Source: Guillardia theta CCMP2712
Lineage: Eukaryota; Protista; Cryptophyta
Reading direction: 5' to 3'
Assembly: GCF_000315625.1 (NCBI RefSeq)
Contig: NW_005434602.1
Coordinates: 305,848-369,847, forward strand
Length of the DNA: 64,000 nucleotides
Shown: positions 13,921-27,360 of the stretch, piece after piece
Layout: each line of letters begins with the position of its first letter
Position numbering within the stretch: the first letter of the stretch is position 1
The notes under the pieces: model-generated
What the model saw: only the letters and a program-made list of their open reading frames with translations
What the model was told of the DNA's origin: nothing
Database searches by the model: none
Translations under genes and position numbers: made by a program

Positions 13921-16900
13921 CGGGAGGGTGACGGGGGACGGGGTCAGGGCTACGGGAGGCGCTGTCGATGCTGGAGCAGGAGATGACGGATCTACGCGCG
14001 GAGAGAGACGCGTTGGTAGAGCAGGCAGCCGCAGAGGTCAGGGCATCAGCAGGGGAGGAGGAGGAGGCATGACATGCCGGGGACGCAGGAGACAGCGACC
14101 AAGAGCCTCGAGGAGAGATACGAGGAGACAGCGCGTAGCGCCGAGGAGCTGAGAGCGAAGCTGGCTGAGCTGGTACGTACGAGGAGGCGGCGAGGGAGGA
14201 CGGGAGCAGACCTGAGACCGGGCCCGGGGGGTCATAGGAGGGCGCCGGAGCGACCAAGGACGGTCGGGTGGAGGAGCTGGGGCGACTGGTAGAGGACCTC
14301 GAGGTAGGAGAGCGGGCCGGGCCGGGCCGGGCAGGACGGAGGGACGGAGGGAGGGGAGCTGACGGGCGCTTACAGGGGCAGCTTGCGGAGGCTTCAAGGA
14401 AGGAGACAGGTAGCCGCAGAAGGGAGGGGGGAGGGGAGGGACAGAGGCGCGGAGGAGGCGGGGAGGGGGGCAGGGAGGGAGGGGGATCAAGGAGGGGACA
14501 CGGGCGAGACGCGGGCGGGGCGGGAGGGTGACGGGGGACGGGGTCAGGGCTACGGGAGGCGCTGTCGATGCTGGAGCAGGAGGTATCAGTTCTTTCGTTG
14601 GTTTGCTCGAATGCTGCAGATATAGCTCAGGTAAGGGATTGCGTTTTTATTTTTTTTTACGTTGTCACAGGCAGTCGACAAGTCGTTAGATGCGTTGCTG
14701 TCGCCGCTCTGTGTTGTCGAGGATTCTTTGCTCGCAGCCTCAACATGCGTCGATGAACTTCGTAGGCGGATGTCTTGTGCGCATGAAGCGAACCGAAGAG
14801 CGTCGGAGAGCTCTGCTGGGTTCCTCTCCTCTCTTTCTGTTGCGGTTGAAACCAGCGAACGAGCGGTCGAGGGTCTCGAGCTCTCACTCGCTGATTTCGT
14901 CACTCGCCAGCAGCACCTCGCGTCGCAGTCAAAGTCACGATCTCTCCAGCTGGACTCCTCCATCTGTAGTGTCGGCGCGACTGTCGAAGACATCGAGGGG
15001 ATCCTTGCGCTATCAAAGGCAGCATGGCGGCACGTGCAAGAGAGTCTGTCGCACAAGTTGAGAATGTTGTTGAAGGAGGCGAAAACATGCGAAAGGATCG
15101 CAGGCGATGCTGGGGATCCAACGGTTTACAACGGACTTGTGAGAACCATCGACGAGCTGACCCGAACGAAGAAGATGGTGGAAGAAGAGCTGAAGGTGAG
15201 AAACAGTGAGCTGAACAAGCTCAAGAGACACGTCGAGAAGCTTAAGGAAAGCGACCGAGCGAGTGCAGCTCCTCCTCCTGCTGAAGCCAATCAAGAATGG
15301 CAGACTTTACAGCTCAAGCTCACGAAAGTAGAGCAGGAGAACCAGGAACTGAGTCGCCTGCTCGTGGACTTCGACTCGGAGCAGGTGCTTGCTGCCTCGC
15401 CTTGCTCGTCTGAACCGAAGACTGCAGCTGGCGATGAGAGATCATCTAGAGCAGCAGTCGAACACCTTCAAGAGCTTCTTGCTGTGCCTCCTCGACTTCC
15501 TCTCACCCGTCAGCTCCTGCACGCGCGAAGACATGCAGGAGAAGTTGGTGGACCTGCTCAAGTTCATAGACTTTGCTGAGGGTTCAGACTCGACCTCTGC
15601 TGAGGCCCTACAAGGTTCCGTCCTCGCTCTTGCTGCCCTTCGACCCGCGAGTGTCGACCAGGTGAGGGTCCCGTGAGGGTCTGGCGGGTGACCGACGAGC
15701 CTGGCAGAGAGAATCGACAGACGTCAAACGAGAACTCACAGAGATCGCCGCAGCTCTCGATCGCGCTCTCTCCCTCCACCACGAGTGGCTCTCCTCGCAG
15801 GCTTGCCTTCTGTGTGACAGCTTGTCGGAAGATCAGGGGCCATCCATCAACGCTGACTCGACCCTCCTCCGCACTCCTGAGACCTCAAGAGTGAAACGAT
15901 CCTCCTCCACCCGCTCAGGCTGACAGTTGACCAGGACAAGCCCTGGCAGGTTGTGGGAGAGCTTGTCTCCGTCTCCAGTGCTTTCAAGCCTCCCAAGTGA
16001 GAGCGATAGGTCAAGCAGGTCGCTGATTGCTCGTCCCAGGGAGCTCATGACGCCTCCGACGCCCAAGAGCGACAGGGATGAGAGGTCGGCGGCAGCTTCT
16101 TCTTTCGCTTCTCACGTGCTGCCGCAGCCGGCGGAGCTCCACGCGACCCCTTCAGATCTTAAGCCCTCCGCCCAGCAGCCCCGACCATCTTGACAGTCCC
16201 ACAGAAGACTCTCCAGGTCAGGTGAGCAGCAGCTGGGAATCGCACAAGGAAGGTGAGGAGGCAGCGAGACTCGCGTCGCCCGAGCCTTCAGCGAAGTCTC
16301 CTTGGACTCCCCAGACAGGCAGGAGAGGAAAACTTCCCCCGCTCCGAGTCACAGCCATCAGCGCCGTCAACCTTCGCACCCACTCTCAGCAAGTCTACTG
16401 CCGGATGCGACTGAACCGAGAAGTCAGAGTCTTATGCTCTCGCCCTCGCTCTGCTTCCCTCCTCCAGCTGCCCCTCCTCTCTCCCCCTCGCTTCCTCTTC
16501 TCACCATGTATCAGACTTGGCATACTGCCCTCGCAGCGGCGGACAAGGACCCCTACTGGAACGAGAGCCATGTCTTCCTGCCGGACAGGTGCGCCTCAGA
16601 CACTGGGCTCTCGAGTCCGCGAGGTGACGGAGGAGCAGAGTGACGAGGGATCTACACGTAGCGCTGCTGTCGGAGCATCACGACATGCTCGGGCATGTGT
16701 CAGTCTCCCTCTGGGACGCCGGCCTGCAGGTGTCTTCCTCCCTTGCCTCCCGTATCAGCTGAAGAGGAGCAGGGCATGTGGGAGGAAGGAGCTAGCGCTC
16801 GCAAAGCGCTGGAGGTAATGAGCATGGATGGAGCGAGCGTGCGAGGCACAGGAGGCCGAGCAGGTACGGGAGAAGCATGCGAGGGTATGCTGACAGCGCT

Positions 16901-16949
16901 TCAAGTGCTTCTCCATCTCGACTTCTCTCTGGATCCGCATACGACTTAG
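13921..16949 (+). CDS. Multi-exon coiled-coil protein with C-terminal C2 domain (5' end in gap)
   Basis: Heptad-rich exon 14662-15380 (ELTRTKKMVEEELKVRNSELNKLKRHVEKL); C2-like LRVTAISAVNL...VYCRMRL...DPYWNESHVF...HDMLGHVSVSL; short GT-AG introns. Confidence 0.55.
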
Positions 16950-17070
16950 AGTGGAGCAAAGCAGAAGCGAGAAATGAAGGGGAGCAAGAAAATCACAACT
17001 TGAGCAATTGACCATGTAAAACACAAGTTGAAATAGGTCACAAAGCTTAGCTTGCTTTGATCCTGACATC

Positions 17071-18085
17071 TACTTGCCTCCTACCGCCATCGTTCCTGAT
17101 TCTTCTGCCGCCTGCTCTGAATGTCAACGAACAAGCTCGACCACTCCTCTTCCTCACGACCGGAATCTTAGTCAGCTTCGGGCCGGCACCATCCACAAAG
17201 AAGATGTCCTGAAGGGAAGGGTGAGCGGGGGAGGGCAGCGGGAGCGGAGGGACCTTGATGTCGATCTTGAACTCTTTGACGATGACAGACACGAGGTCGT
17301 CTTTCACGTCTCCCTGGATCTCAATCTCCTCCTTGTTATCGGCTGTCTCTGTCACTGCTGCTCCCGTCGAGAACTTCTTCTTGAAGATCTTGCACGCGTC
17401 CGGCAGCTTAATGCCTGCCGCCTCGTCAGCGAGGTCAAGCGCCTCCTCCTCCTGCGCTCCAAGCCCCCAGCCCTCATGCATCAGTCGCATCATCGACGCT
17501 CAGCATTTGATGGTTTCTTGAGACGATCATCGGGACTCGCAGGGGAAAGCGAGAGGGAGGGGAGCTAGAGCCTTACCGAAGAGCTCCAGGCCTCTCACTG
17601 TGCAAACGAACTTTCGCTTCTGACGCTGCTTGGAGGACAACCAAACCTCCTTAGCCGGCTCCTGCACAGCCGATCTCACCCCTCCCCTCTCTCCCTGCGC
17701 ATCCCCACCTTCACTTTCTTTCCTCCAGGAAGCTCCTTCACTTTGGGCTCTGCTTCCTTCGCGTCTCCTCCACTTGCAGCAGCAGCTACACCCTCCTGCT
17801 CAGTCGAGTAGCCATACTTGGCTGCGAGCTCGGGTGCATTGGCGAGAAGCCATGCCTGTCAGACCTTGAGACCCCATCGAGCTTGCCGCACAGACGTCAG
17901 CACGCGACCCTCACCTTGCATTCCGGTGTCACTTCCCCGCTCTTTGGGCCCATCCATGCGCAGTACTCCGGGGGACATGAGCAGGCTCCGCAGTAGAGAA
18001 CCTGAGGCGTCGGTGAGGCTTGACGGAGGGGACACCAAGTACTCACTTTGAGAGGGTACCTCGAGTCTAGGTTGGCGTCTTCCAT
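17071..18085 (-). CDS. DENR: Density-regulated protein DENR/Tma22 (SUI1 domain), multi-exon; 3' end approximate
   Basis: VLYCGACSCPPEYC N-terminal Zn motif; KRKFVCTVRGLELF; KKKFSTGAAV...EEIEIQGDVKDD. Confidence 0.9.
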
Positions 18086-18582
18086 CTTGCCAGCAACCTG
18101 AGCAACCTCCTCGTCCGAGCCATTCTGAGCCTGTCTCAGCCTCCTCGCTCATGCGCATGCCATCTACCTCTTCGTCGCTCGAGTCCTTCTTACGGACGCG
18201 TCGGGGCATCGCGAATGGGCGTGTGAGGGCCTAGGGACGAGCGAAGAAGAAGAGAAGTTGCGAGAGAAGAAGAGTCTTCTACAGGAGCGAGAGGGGAAGG
18301 AGAGGAGGGAGAGGAGGGAGAAGAGGGAGAGGAGGGAGAGGAGGGGTGGGGGGTGAAGGAGGAGGGGGCGGGAGGGAGGGAGGGGGTAGGAGGAGGAGGA
18401 GGAGGACAGAAGCGTGCCACGCTTTTTAGAGGTTTGAACTGACTTGAATCGAATGATTTTATCAAAAAAATCATACTGAATCGAATCAAACCGTCAAAAT
18501 TTGCTAGCCTGGCATGGTGTCGCCCGTCGAAGCACCCCGATAGTCGGAGCCCAGCAGGGCGTCCGAGTCAGCTGGAGTCTAG

Positions 18583-21500
18583 TCAGGTCTGCCCGGTTAA
18601 GGGGAGGAGAACGTAGCCGTCGTCTCGCGAGGAGTAGAGGAAGACGAAGCCGGAGGAGCGAAGGTTGCCGAGCAACTGCGAGTGAGTGAGTGAGATCAGG
18701 GAGGGAGGGATCGGAGGCCCTCACCTCCTCCAGGTGTGCAAGCTCCTCTGAGTGTCTCCCGTGCTTCTGCCGGATGCTTCTGATCGCGTCTTGCCACTTG
18801 CTCGTCTGGCTCTGCTCGAAGACTTCGGCGAGGATGGCGAAGGGGATGGAGGCGCACGCGACGACCTCAGCAGAAGAGAGCCCGAGGACTTTAAGGACCG
18901 AGAGAATCTTCCGCTGAGCGGCTTCGCTGATCTTTCGCTTCATCGACTCTGACTTCTTGTCGTCGGTGAAGTGCATGGACAGACGCGCGGGCCCATGCTC
19001 GACCCCCGCGACTGAGAGTTGGGAGCGCTCCTGGAGCAAGTGAGAGAAGTCGCCGGACTCTGACTTCCTGATCTTCTCTCGCTCACTGCCTGCCTTGTCC
19101 CTCTCAGCCGGAGAGCTTGCTACCCCCGCGCTGCTCCTCTTGGTCGACCGAGGCGTGGAGGAGCTTGTTGGAGGATGCGAGTGATGGTCCAAGAGGAAGT
19201 CCAGAAGTTCGCTGACCCCCACGCAGCTCTTCTCCTCGGCCTTGGGCCCCTGACTACCTCGGCACCTCGTCACTCGCATCTTCATCTCCTTGGCCTTGCC
19301 GAAGTTGCTCTTGTCCCCCGACCTCTCCGACTCTATCACGACCATCCAGTCCATCTGCCTGCTCGCGCAGAAAGACTGCAGCTGCTCTGCGCTGAAGTCA
19401 GCATGCAGTGCTTGCGAGGCGATCCCGTTGTCCCACAGCTCGTTCATGAGGCGCAGCCGCTCGAAAGGACTCACCTGCTACCAGTCAGAAACTCCCTCTC
19501 CTCCTCTTCCTCCTCCCCCCGCTCTTCCACTCCTTCCCTCACCCTCTGTTCTCCCTTCACAACACACTCACCGATCCTCTGGATTGCACCAGCACGTTGC
19601 ACAGAGGGTTCACGCTCTTATCGTGCGTGGGGTGAGTCATCCCGGTGCCGTCAGGCCGCCAGGAGATCTTCGAGCACCCGCACAGTCTGTCGAGCGAGAC
19701 GCAGAACCCGACAGCGCCGTTGGGAGCAGAGGAGCTGCCAGCAGCATCTGCAGCCTGCGACCGCAGCGTCTCGTCGTATCGTCCGCCTGCCATCGAGTCA
19801 CTTCCCTCGCTCCCACCCCCCTCCCTTCCGCACCACCTTCCCTCGCTCCCTTCCCCTCTCCCTTCCCTCGCTCCTCCCTTCCCTCGCTCCTCCCTTCCCC
19901 TACCTGCCGCGATGATCTGAAGCTTCTGCTTCATGAGCTTCACTCCGGCGTTGAACATGATCCCTCCCCGGTACCTGCCAGGCCGTCAGAGCCGCCGCAC
20001 ACTGAAGCTCGTCGACCTCTCGAGGTGCAGGGCAGGGTCGATGAAGAGGCGGATCTTGTCGATGTTGGGAGGGAGCATGGCGAGCAGGAGCTCAACCGTC
20101 ATCTTAAGGTCCTTGATCGCCTTGGAGCCTTGCACAGACGAGGAGAGGAACTCATTCAGCACCTTCACCTGCGCCAGCAGCCCCTTGTCTTGTGCCTCCC
20201 ACACCTTGTTCAGAACCTCCCAGATCCGCTCCACGCAGTCGAGGTTCTTGCACATGTGCAGCAGCTTCTTCCTCCCCGCCGCTCCTCGTTCCAGGATGCT
20301 GCTCTGCAGGATGGCGTGGTGTAGCTCTCGCCGTCTGTTGGCAGGCACTTGGGCCGCCTGCATCATGCCGTCGAGCACGTCCATGCAGGAGATGGTCACG
20401 ATGTAGCTTCCTGGACCCTCCAGCGGAAACTCCGACAGGATCTCCAGCAGCACTCGCACACACTCTGCATCCTCGATGGCCCTCTGCTCGACCGTAGCAG
20501 AGGAGGAGCAGACGATGTCGAAGGCTGTCTCGAAGCCCTCGCGGATGGTGCCTTCCTGCCTCGCCCTGTACACGTTCCCGAAGCTAAAGCGGCGAAAGGC
20601 AGAGTGAGACGAGCGATGAGCAAGAAAGTAGAGGAAGGGAGCAGTCAAGTCGTACGGCAGGTAGAACTGTGCTCCTGCAGCATCCATGACATGGACAGCT
20701 CGATGCAAGGCGGAATGTCCAGCCTTAGGGATGAGGAGGGGAAGCCGCAGGTACTGTGCCGCGTGCTTGAGAAAAATCCTGCAGCTAACGATCAGCATGC
20801 AGAGGAGGAGGAGGAGGAGGAGGAGGAGGAGGAGGAGGAGGAGGAGGAGGAGGAGGAGGAGGAGGAGGAGGAGGCTATTACCTCGTGAGGTTGCTTAGCA
20901 CCAGCGCAAAGTCAGAGCCTGAGTATTGGGAGAGAGCGTTCTTGGGGTCGTAGAAGAGAGCAGCAGCGCGGTCCTCGCGCTCGAACAGCGCTTCCATCAG
21001 CATCGCGTGGAAGTACGGTTTGCTCTGCACGTTGCTCAAGAACTGCGACAGGAGGTCAGGGAGGCAGGGAGGCAGCAGGGAGCACCTGGTGTAGCTCGCT
21101 CTCCAGCATAGTCCGAGGAAGCAGCTCGCTGTCCAGCACTTGCAGGGCCGTTGGACGAGTCGTCGGCTCAGCATTGATGAGCCAGCGGATGAGCTGACAG
21201 ACGTTCCGCCTGTTGGCCTTGACCTGCTGGGCCTCAAAGCCCTGCGGAAATGACTCCAAGCGACGCAGACGGTCAATGCTGGTGATCCGCTCCATGGTAG
21301 TAGCGAAGGCAGACCACATCTCGAACAGAATGATGCCCAAGGCGTACACGTCTCTCTTGCTCTGGTCGGACACCGAAGACACACTATCCATCACCTCAGG
21401 AGCGAGGTACAACATCGTCCCGACGTTGGCAGACGTGTCGTCCCCCTCCAGTGAGCCTGAGGCCGCGCTCACAAGATTCTCATGCGCCTCCTCCCCATCC

Positions 21501-24243
21501 TCATGCTCTCCCTTGATCTGACTGAAACGCGCAAGGCCGAGGTCTCCTATCTTGATGTCTCCGCTGAAGTCGAGGAAGATGTTCTTGGGCTTCAGGTCGC
21601 GGTGTACGATCCCTTTTGAGTGGATGTAGGCGACGCCGGACACAATCTGCCTGAAGAGATTCCAGAGCCTCTCAGGGGCCTCATAGAGCCGCTCGTAGGC
21701 GATCACCTCCGACAGCGTCTTCTCGCAGTACTCCATCTGTATGTACAAGACCTGAACCTCCAGCAACTGCTTGCTCGAAGCAGGGCGAGGCGCTTGTGAC
21801 TTGCTCGCGTTCTTCTCCTCCACAGCTTCGCTCTCTTCCAGACTCTCACTTTCTGTGTAGCCATCCGACCACGAAGCTTGTACCCCCTCGCGCGAGGCAG
21901 CAGCCCGTCCTTGTGCAGCATGCGCCCGGTCCCCTTGTAAGGACTTCAGCTTGATGTCAGCGAGGAACTGCGCGTCGAAGATTGAGTCTTCCACCAGGTC
22001 GGAACCTTGAGAGGAGGAGGATCGAGTGCTCGAGTCAGAGAACTCGCGGTCCTCTTCGATGCCGCATTCTCCTTGCCTGCTCTCGATCCATGCCTGGTAA
22101 TACCTCACGATGCTCTGATGATGCAACCCCGACAGCGTCTTCACCTCCCGCAGCATCTTCCTGTTCAGAGTCTCGTTGGAAGAGTCCAGCTGGATCTTCT
22201 TAATCGCGTAGCACTGCCCATCCAATCGGTTCCGACACATCCAAACCTCCCCGAACCCGCCCTTCCCCAGCTGCTTCACTTCCTCGAATTCCTGCCTGTA
22301 CCGCGACAGCGCGTGGGTTGCCAGCGATGAGATCGGATTCTGCACAGCATGCGCAGGGATGGGGAGCTCAGCCTTGCCGGCGGCCTCCTTTTGTGCATCG
22401 ACCGTGAGCAGCTGCAAGTGATCGGCCTGGTGCGGGACGACCTGCAGAAGCTTCGCGTCCACTCTCAACGAGTTCCTCAGGTTGGAGCTGCTGAGACCTC
22501 CTACACTCAAGAACGAGTGCTTCTCCAGCTCTGCTGCAGAGGGTCTCTTGTTGGGATCGCGCACGAAGCAGCTGTAAAGACAGGCAAACGAGGAATCAGA
22601 CGAGGAACTGGGAGGGGGAGGGTCACCTCAAGATGAAGTCCTGGCAGAGGTCCGTCAAGTCCGAGGGGATGTTGGGCGGGTCTTCATTCTTAACCACATT
22701 CCGCATCACAGCGATGTCTGTGCTGAAGGAGGAGAAGGGAATGTTGCCTGTCAACATCTCGAGGACTGAACACCCCACCGACCACACATCTGCAGCATAA
22801 GTGTAGCGACGACGAATCACTTCAGGAGCCATGTACCTAGAGGTTCCCCGCATGCTCTGAAGCATCTTGTTTGCGCTCATATCTTCAATCACATTCGGCA
22901 GCCATTTGGCTTCGCTGAAATCACTGATCTTCAACAGCCCGTTCATGCCAAGCAACAAGTTGGCCGGCTTGATGTCTCGATGGACGATGTGGTTCTCATG
23001 GAGGTAGCAGAGTCCTCCCACCAGCTGCTTTGCGAACAGTCGCACAACTTCTTCCTCGAGACAACCCATAATCCTCAACAATCCTGCGATGCTGCCCATG
23101 GGCATGTACTCCAAGAACACTCTGAAGACCAAGCTATCTGAATCCGCACCGAACACCTGCAATTAAGAGTTTCAAACTTTGAGAAGAGACGAAGAGGAGC
23201 AGAATCACCTTGACGATGTTTGGATGATCTAACTGACGATGGCAATCGATCTCTTGCATGATCTTTGCTATCTGCTCATCCCTGAGAGCTCCTTTCTTCA
23301 GCGTGAACTCCTTGATCGCAAACACAGTGCCCACTTTCAGCTTTCCCTCTGTGAAGTTGCTCTCTGCCATCGCTTTGTATACAACCCCGAATCGTCCAAC
23401 TCCGATCACTTCTGGCACCAGAATGAATTCGCCAGATTCAGATCGTTGAGCTGTCTCGAACTTACGCCAACGGAAAGGTTTGGGGGGGTCGCCAGTGTCA
23501 TCAGAAGAAGACTTGTGCTCTGAGCTGTCTTGCCTTTCAGAACTAGTCGCGCTCTCATCAGCACACCATTCATCTGCAGACTGCGCCTCTTCCTCTTCAC
23601 TGCCACTCCACAGCTCTCCAGCCAAACGATTCATCTTCTTTGACTTGGTTTTCTTCTTGTAGAGCTCTTTTCGCTTTCGCATTTCCGCCTCTGCTTCTGC
23701 CATCATTCTGGATCTTTGCTGCTGCTTCATCTCCAGTGCCATTTGATCTTTTTCTCGTCTTGCCTTCTCTTCTTCCAATCTCTGAGCTTCTTTTTGCTGC
23801 CTCTCTTGCTCCAACATCTCATCGTGGATACTTCTCCTAGGGTCTATGTTGTGCTTTCTCAGGTACTCTTGCGCTGCCTGTGCTAGCTCGAACACCATTT
23901 CCCGCCCTATCAAACTCTTTGCGAGCTCTCGCAGCATCGCCTCAAGCTCCTGCACCTGCTCATCATCCATTCCTTTCCCGCGCGTGACCTGAAGGCGAAG
24001 AGAGTCCAATTCTTCGGGGTAGCGGGGGCCCAAGCCCACAAGCAGGTCTACTTCAGCGAAGCTTTTCTCCGGCTCATTTTCTGCTCGCACTCTGAGCTTG
24101 AACTTCCTGTAGTCACTCGCGTCCTCTCCTTCAACCTCCTCGTTGCCACCGTACTCAAATTCATCAGGGAAAATGGCTGCCAGGGATACAAGCTCAAGCC
24201 CTCTGGTCGTCTTATCAAGGCTGAACACTTTGCTGTCCGACAT
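18583..24243 (-). CDS. GCN2: eIF2-alpha kinase GCN2 (RWD, first kinase-like domain, eIF2a kinase with insert, HisRS-like, C-terminal domain), multi-exon
   Basis: RWD (ELVSLAAIFPDE, YPEE, GREMVFELAQ); SRYRQEFEEVKQLGKGGFGEV, YAIKKI, LYIQMEYCE, HRDLKPKNIF, VGTMLYLAPE; HisRS-like LPYDLTAPF, FGNVYR, AGGRYD, AVGFCVSLDRL. Confidence 0.93.
20803..20873. repeat. (GAG)n microsatellite in a GCN2 intron
   Basis: Directly visible. Confidence 0.95.
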
Positions 24244-24599
24244 CGCTGAGATTGACTCAGGGCTGATGTTTGCTGTCTCGGATATTCAGTGAATGCACTC
24301 TCAGACTTGTACAAGCTTCAAGCAGCTTGCACCCGAACCCTGGCAGGGTCCTCGCTGCTAGCAGACATTGCAAGGACAGAGAGATCGGTGTACACCACTG
24401 CCTCGCTGCGCATCAACTGAAACCATCTCTTGGTAATCTCATGCCGACTTCCCCCAGAGAGTCCGTAAGCTTCAGGTGCGCACCAAACGAACCAGGCCTG
24501 TACATACACCCCATGCTTGACATCACCCTTGGCTTCGTGTCGGTGTCATCCGTTAGAGTGGATGTGGCAACTTTCTCTACTTCTCTCCTTGTCGTGACA

Positions 24600-24820
24600 C
24601 TCTTCTCTTCTTCTCTCCTTCTCTTCTTCTCTCCTGCTCTCCTTCTCTCCTTCTCTTCTTCTCTTCTTCTCTTCTTCTCTGCTTCTCTGCTTCTCTGCTT
24701 CTCTGCTTCTCTGCTTCTCTGCTTCTCTTCTTCTCTTCTTCTCTTCTGCTCTTCTCTTCTTCTCTTCTTCTCTTCTTCTCTTCTTCTCTTCTTCTCTTCT
24801 TCTCTTCTTCTCTCCTTCAC
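24600..24820. repeat. CT-rich low-complexity tandem repeat
   Basis: (ttctcttc/ttctctgc)n. Confidence 0.9.
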
Positions 24821-25046
24821 TCCACCTTCCCTGCTGATGACTACTAAATCTGCATAGAGTATCTACCCCCCCTTTCCTCCTAGAAAAGTACCCACCCTTA
24901 TCTATGCCTCCACTGTTTTACTCAATATCCTCCATAGAAGTACCCTACCCCCTAGATGAGCCTTGGAGATTCTTCCCGACAGGGGTACAAGCATGGTAGA
25001 TGGGGTGGTGTATGGGATACCTTGAGGCGGGGATCTGGTGGCCGCC

Positions 25047-26373
25047 ATGTCCAGAAGGAGGATGGCGAAGATGATGATGGCGATGATGGCAATGGCAATG
25101 GTGGCGACCAGCGAAGGGTTTTCAGTGAGTCATCTTCCTTCTACCTAGCTCTGCTTCCCCATCCCAGCTGATTTTCTCCTCCTCCTCCTCATTCGTTCGT
25201 TTCTGCTTCCGTTTGGAGTAACTGTAGGGTTGTTCTAGCTGTGCCCTCTCCCGCTCTCGCTGGGATGGAAAGGAGGGAGAACCGCATCATCGTCTCGTGC
25301 TTCTGCTTCAAGATCTCATGGTCTGCGGATGGCCGAACCTGCTTTCAGGATTGGCCACGGGTTTGACATCCATCGTCTCGCTCCTCTGGAAGTTGCTGGG
25401 CAAGGATGTGTGAGTGATACTGATACAATCTCTATGACTGATACAACCGATACCACCTCTATGACTGATACAACCGATACCACCTCTATGACTGATACAA
25501 TCGATACAACCTCTATGACTGATACAATCGATACAACCTCTATGACTGATACAACCGATACAACCTCTATGACTGATACAACCTCTATGACTGATACAAC
25601 CGATACAACCTCTATGACTGATACAACCTTTGCAGGTGATCGGGGGTGTCAAAGTAAGTGCTTACTGTGCGACTTTTTGCAGCGCCTTATCGGCCATTAG
25701 GTGGAGAACTTTGAGCTGGGAACTGAAGCTCACTCAGACGGCGACGTGCTTTATCACAGCGTACACGTCGTTCGCCTCACACTCAAACGATTCACATGCT
25801 GAATGGAAGGTGACGGACGCCATCCTAGGAGCCTTGAGCCTCCCCGACATAGGTCAATTGTTCCCTGACACTGATCCCAAGTGGAAGGGGTGCGACTCCG
25901 AGAAGGTGCAGATTGCTGCTCAAGGTGATGGCGACCTTGTCTGACCAGCAAGCAGTTCTTGGCAGAAGCCTGGAAACTCATGGACGAAAGAGGATATCAA
26001 GTTTCAAACCTTGACGTCACCCTCATCCTTGAGGTCTCGACCTTGACTTCCTCGTCCTTGTCTGTCCCTTCACCTCAACTTACGCTACGTATGTTCCCCG
26101 CAGCGGCCGAAAGTATCTCCCATCAAATCTCGAATGGAAGACAACCTTTCTCGAGTCTTGAAAGCGGAGCTTGATGTGGTAGGACGAGGTCACGGCGATC
26201 CGAGCATGGCGTGATGATTCATCCTAGGTCAACGTGAAGGCCAGGACGCATGAGAAGGTCGATAGCATTGGTGAAGGCAGGGCCATGGCATGCCATGCGG
26301 TAAGTCTCAAATCGTCGGCAGTTGAAGATTGATCCTACCTCAGGTCATTCTGATGGAAAAGAAGGCCAAGTAG
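25047..26373 (+). CDS. ispF: 2-C-methyl-D-erythritol 2,4-cyclodiphosphate synthase with bipartite signal + transit peptide (complex plastid), multi-exon
   Basis: RIGHGFDIHRL, AHSDGDVLYH, DAILGALSLPDIGQLFPDTDPKWKG, VNVKARTHEKVDSIG. Exon 1 MSRRRMAKMMMAMMAMAMVATSEG/FS splices in phase to an S/R-rich transit peptide. Confidence 0.93.
25415..25630. repeat. 27-bp minisatellite (ctctatgactgatacaaccgatacaac) filling an ispF intron
   Basis: About 8 copies between the GTGAGT donor and TTGCAG acceptor. Confidence 0.9.
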
Positions 26374-26815
26374 AACCACTTCTGACTCTGCGACTCGCAT
26401 CTCTGAGCATAGATGAAGTAAGAGTCTCTTCAACATCCAGCAGACACACACGTAGCCTACTCTCAAACGGTCAGACAATATCCCAAAAACCTCACATCAA
26501 CTTTCCAATGATCCCATCTCCAACACTTTTTTTCAACGCCAGATACTGAGCAGGGGCGTTCGATGTAAGTCTCACTGTCTCCGAATGGCCTCGCGAACTG
26601 GCGGGCCCGGCCCCGGGTAGCCTCCGGCGAGGCTGTCAGTGACTGAGACTAACTGAGCCCGGCGGTTTTTTTTATGGAACTTCGGAAGCTTCTCGAACAA
26701 CCAGAACACCCCAAGTACCCCACTACCAGCATCCTCCCCCACCCGTATATGGTACCAAAAATACCCCCCCCCCCTCCCCGAAAAAACTTCAAGGCAAGTC
26801 GTTGAGTACCCCATC

Positions 26816-27334
26816 ATGCAAGAACAATGGCCGATGTATGAAGGCTTGTGTAGCTTCTATAGGAATTATCGCATCTCACACGCGATGTTGCGTGTGTTGT
26901 GGAAGGAACACTATGGGGATGCCACCGCTTTCAGGGTTGAGGACGAGGGAGATTTCTGGATCATCTTCCGACAGATCATTGAGGGCAGCCCAGGAAATGT
27001 GCCGTATGACACTATTCTGAATGCTTTCAAAGAGAAAAAACTTTATGGACTCAAGGTAATCGAGACCGAGGAGATGTTTCGTCTGGGGTGCAAGCTCGAT
27101 CCTCTTTTCTGTGTGGACATGAACGGTGACCCCGGTGATTACCTGCTGCCCTGCTACTGCATCATGCAAGACGATATCGCGGAGTATATCTGGGTGAGGC
27201 CAGACATGCGGAGACAGGGGCTCGGTCGCCTGTTTGTACAGAAGCTCCGGATCAGGGAGGCATGGAACCCACTGCCCGAGAGCGTCGGGTTCTGGGAGAG
27301 CTGCGGTGTAGAGACTGTTGAGAGTCTTTCTTGA
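26816..27334 (+). CDS. GNAT-family acetyltransferase
   Basis: Motif A YIWVRPDMRRQGLGRLFV and motif B-like NPLPESVGFWESCG; intronless. Confidence 0.8.
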   Translation: MQEQWPMYEGLCSFYRNYRISHAMLRVLWKEHYGDATAFRVEDEGDFWIIFRQIIEGSPGNVPYDTILNAFKEKKLYGLKVIETEEMFRLGCKLDPLFCVDMNGDPGDYLLPCYCIMQDDIAEYIWVRPDMRRQGLGRLFVQKLRIREAWNPLPESVGFWESCGVETVESLS

Positions 27335-27360
27335 AATAAAGAATCGTTTTTATTTTCACA

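Noticed and set aside
12944-14257. Long ORFs spanning N runs
   Set aside because: Artefacts of assembly gaps
24270-24857. ORFs with (RRREEEKK)n or (SSLLLFF)n
   Set aside because: Translation of CT-rich simple repeat; a small gene at 24318-24590(-) is possible but unsupported
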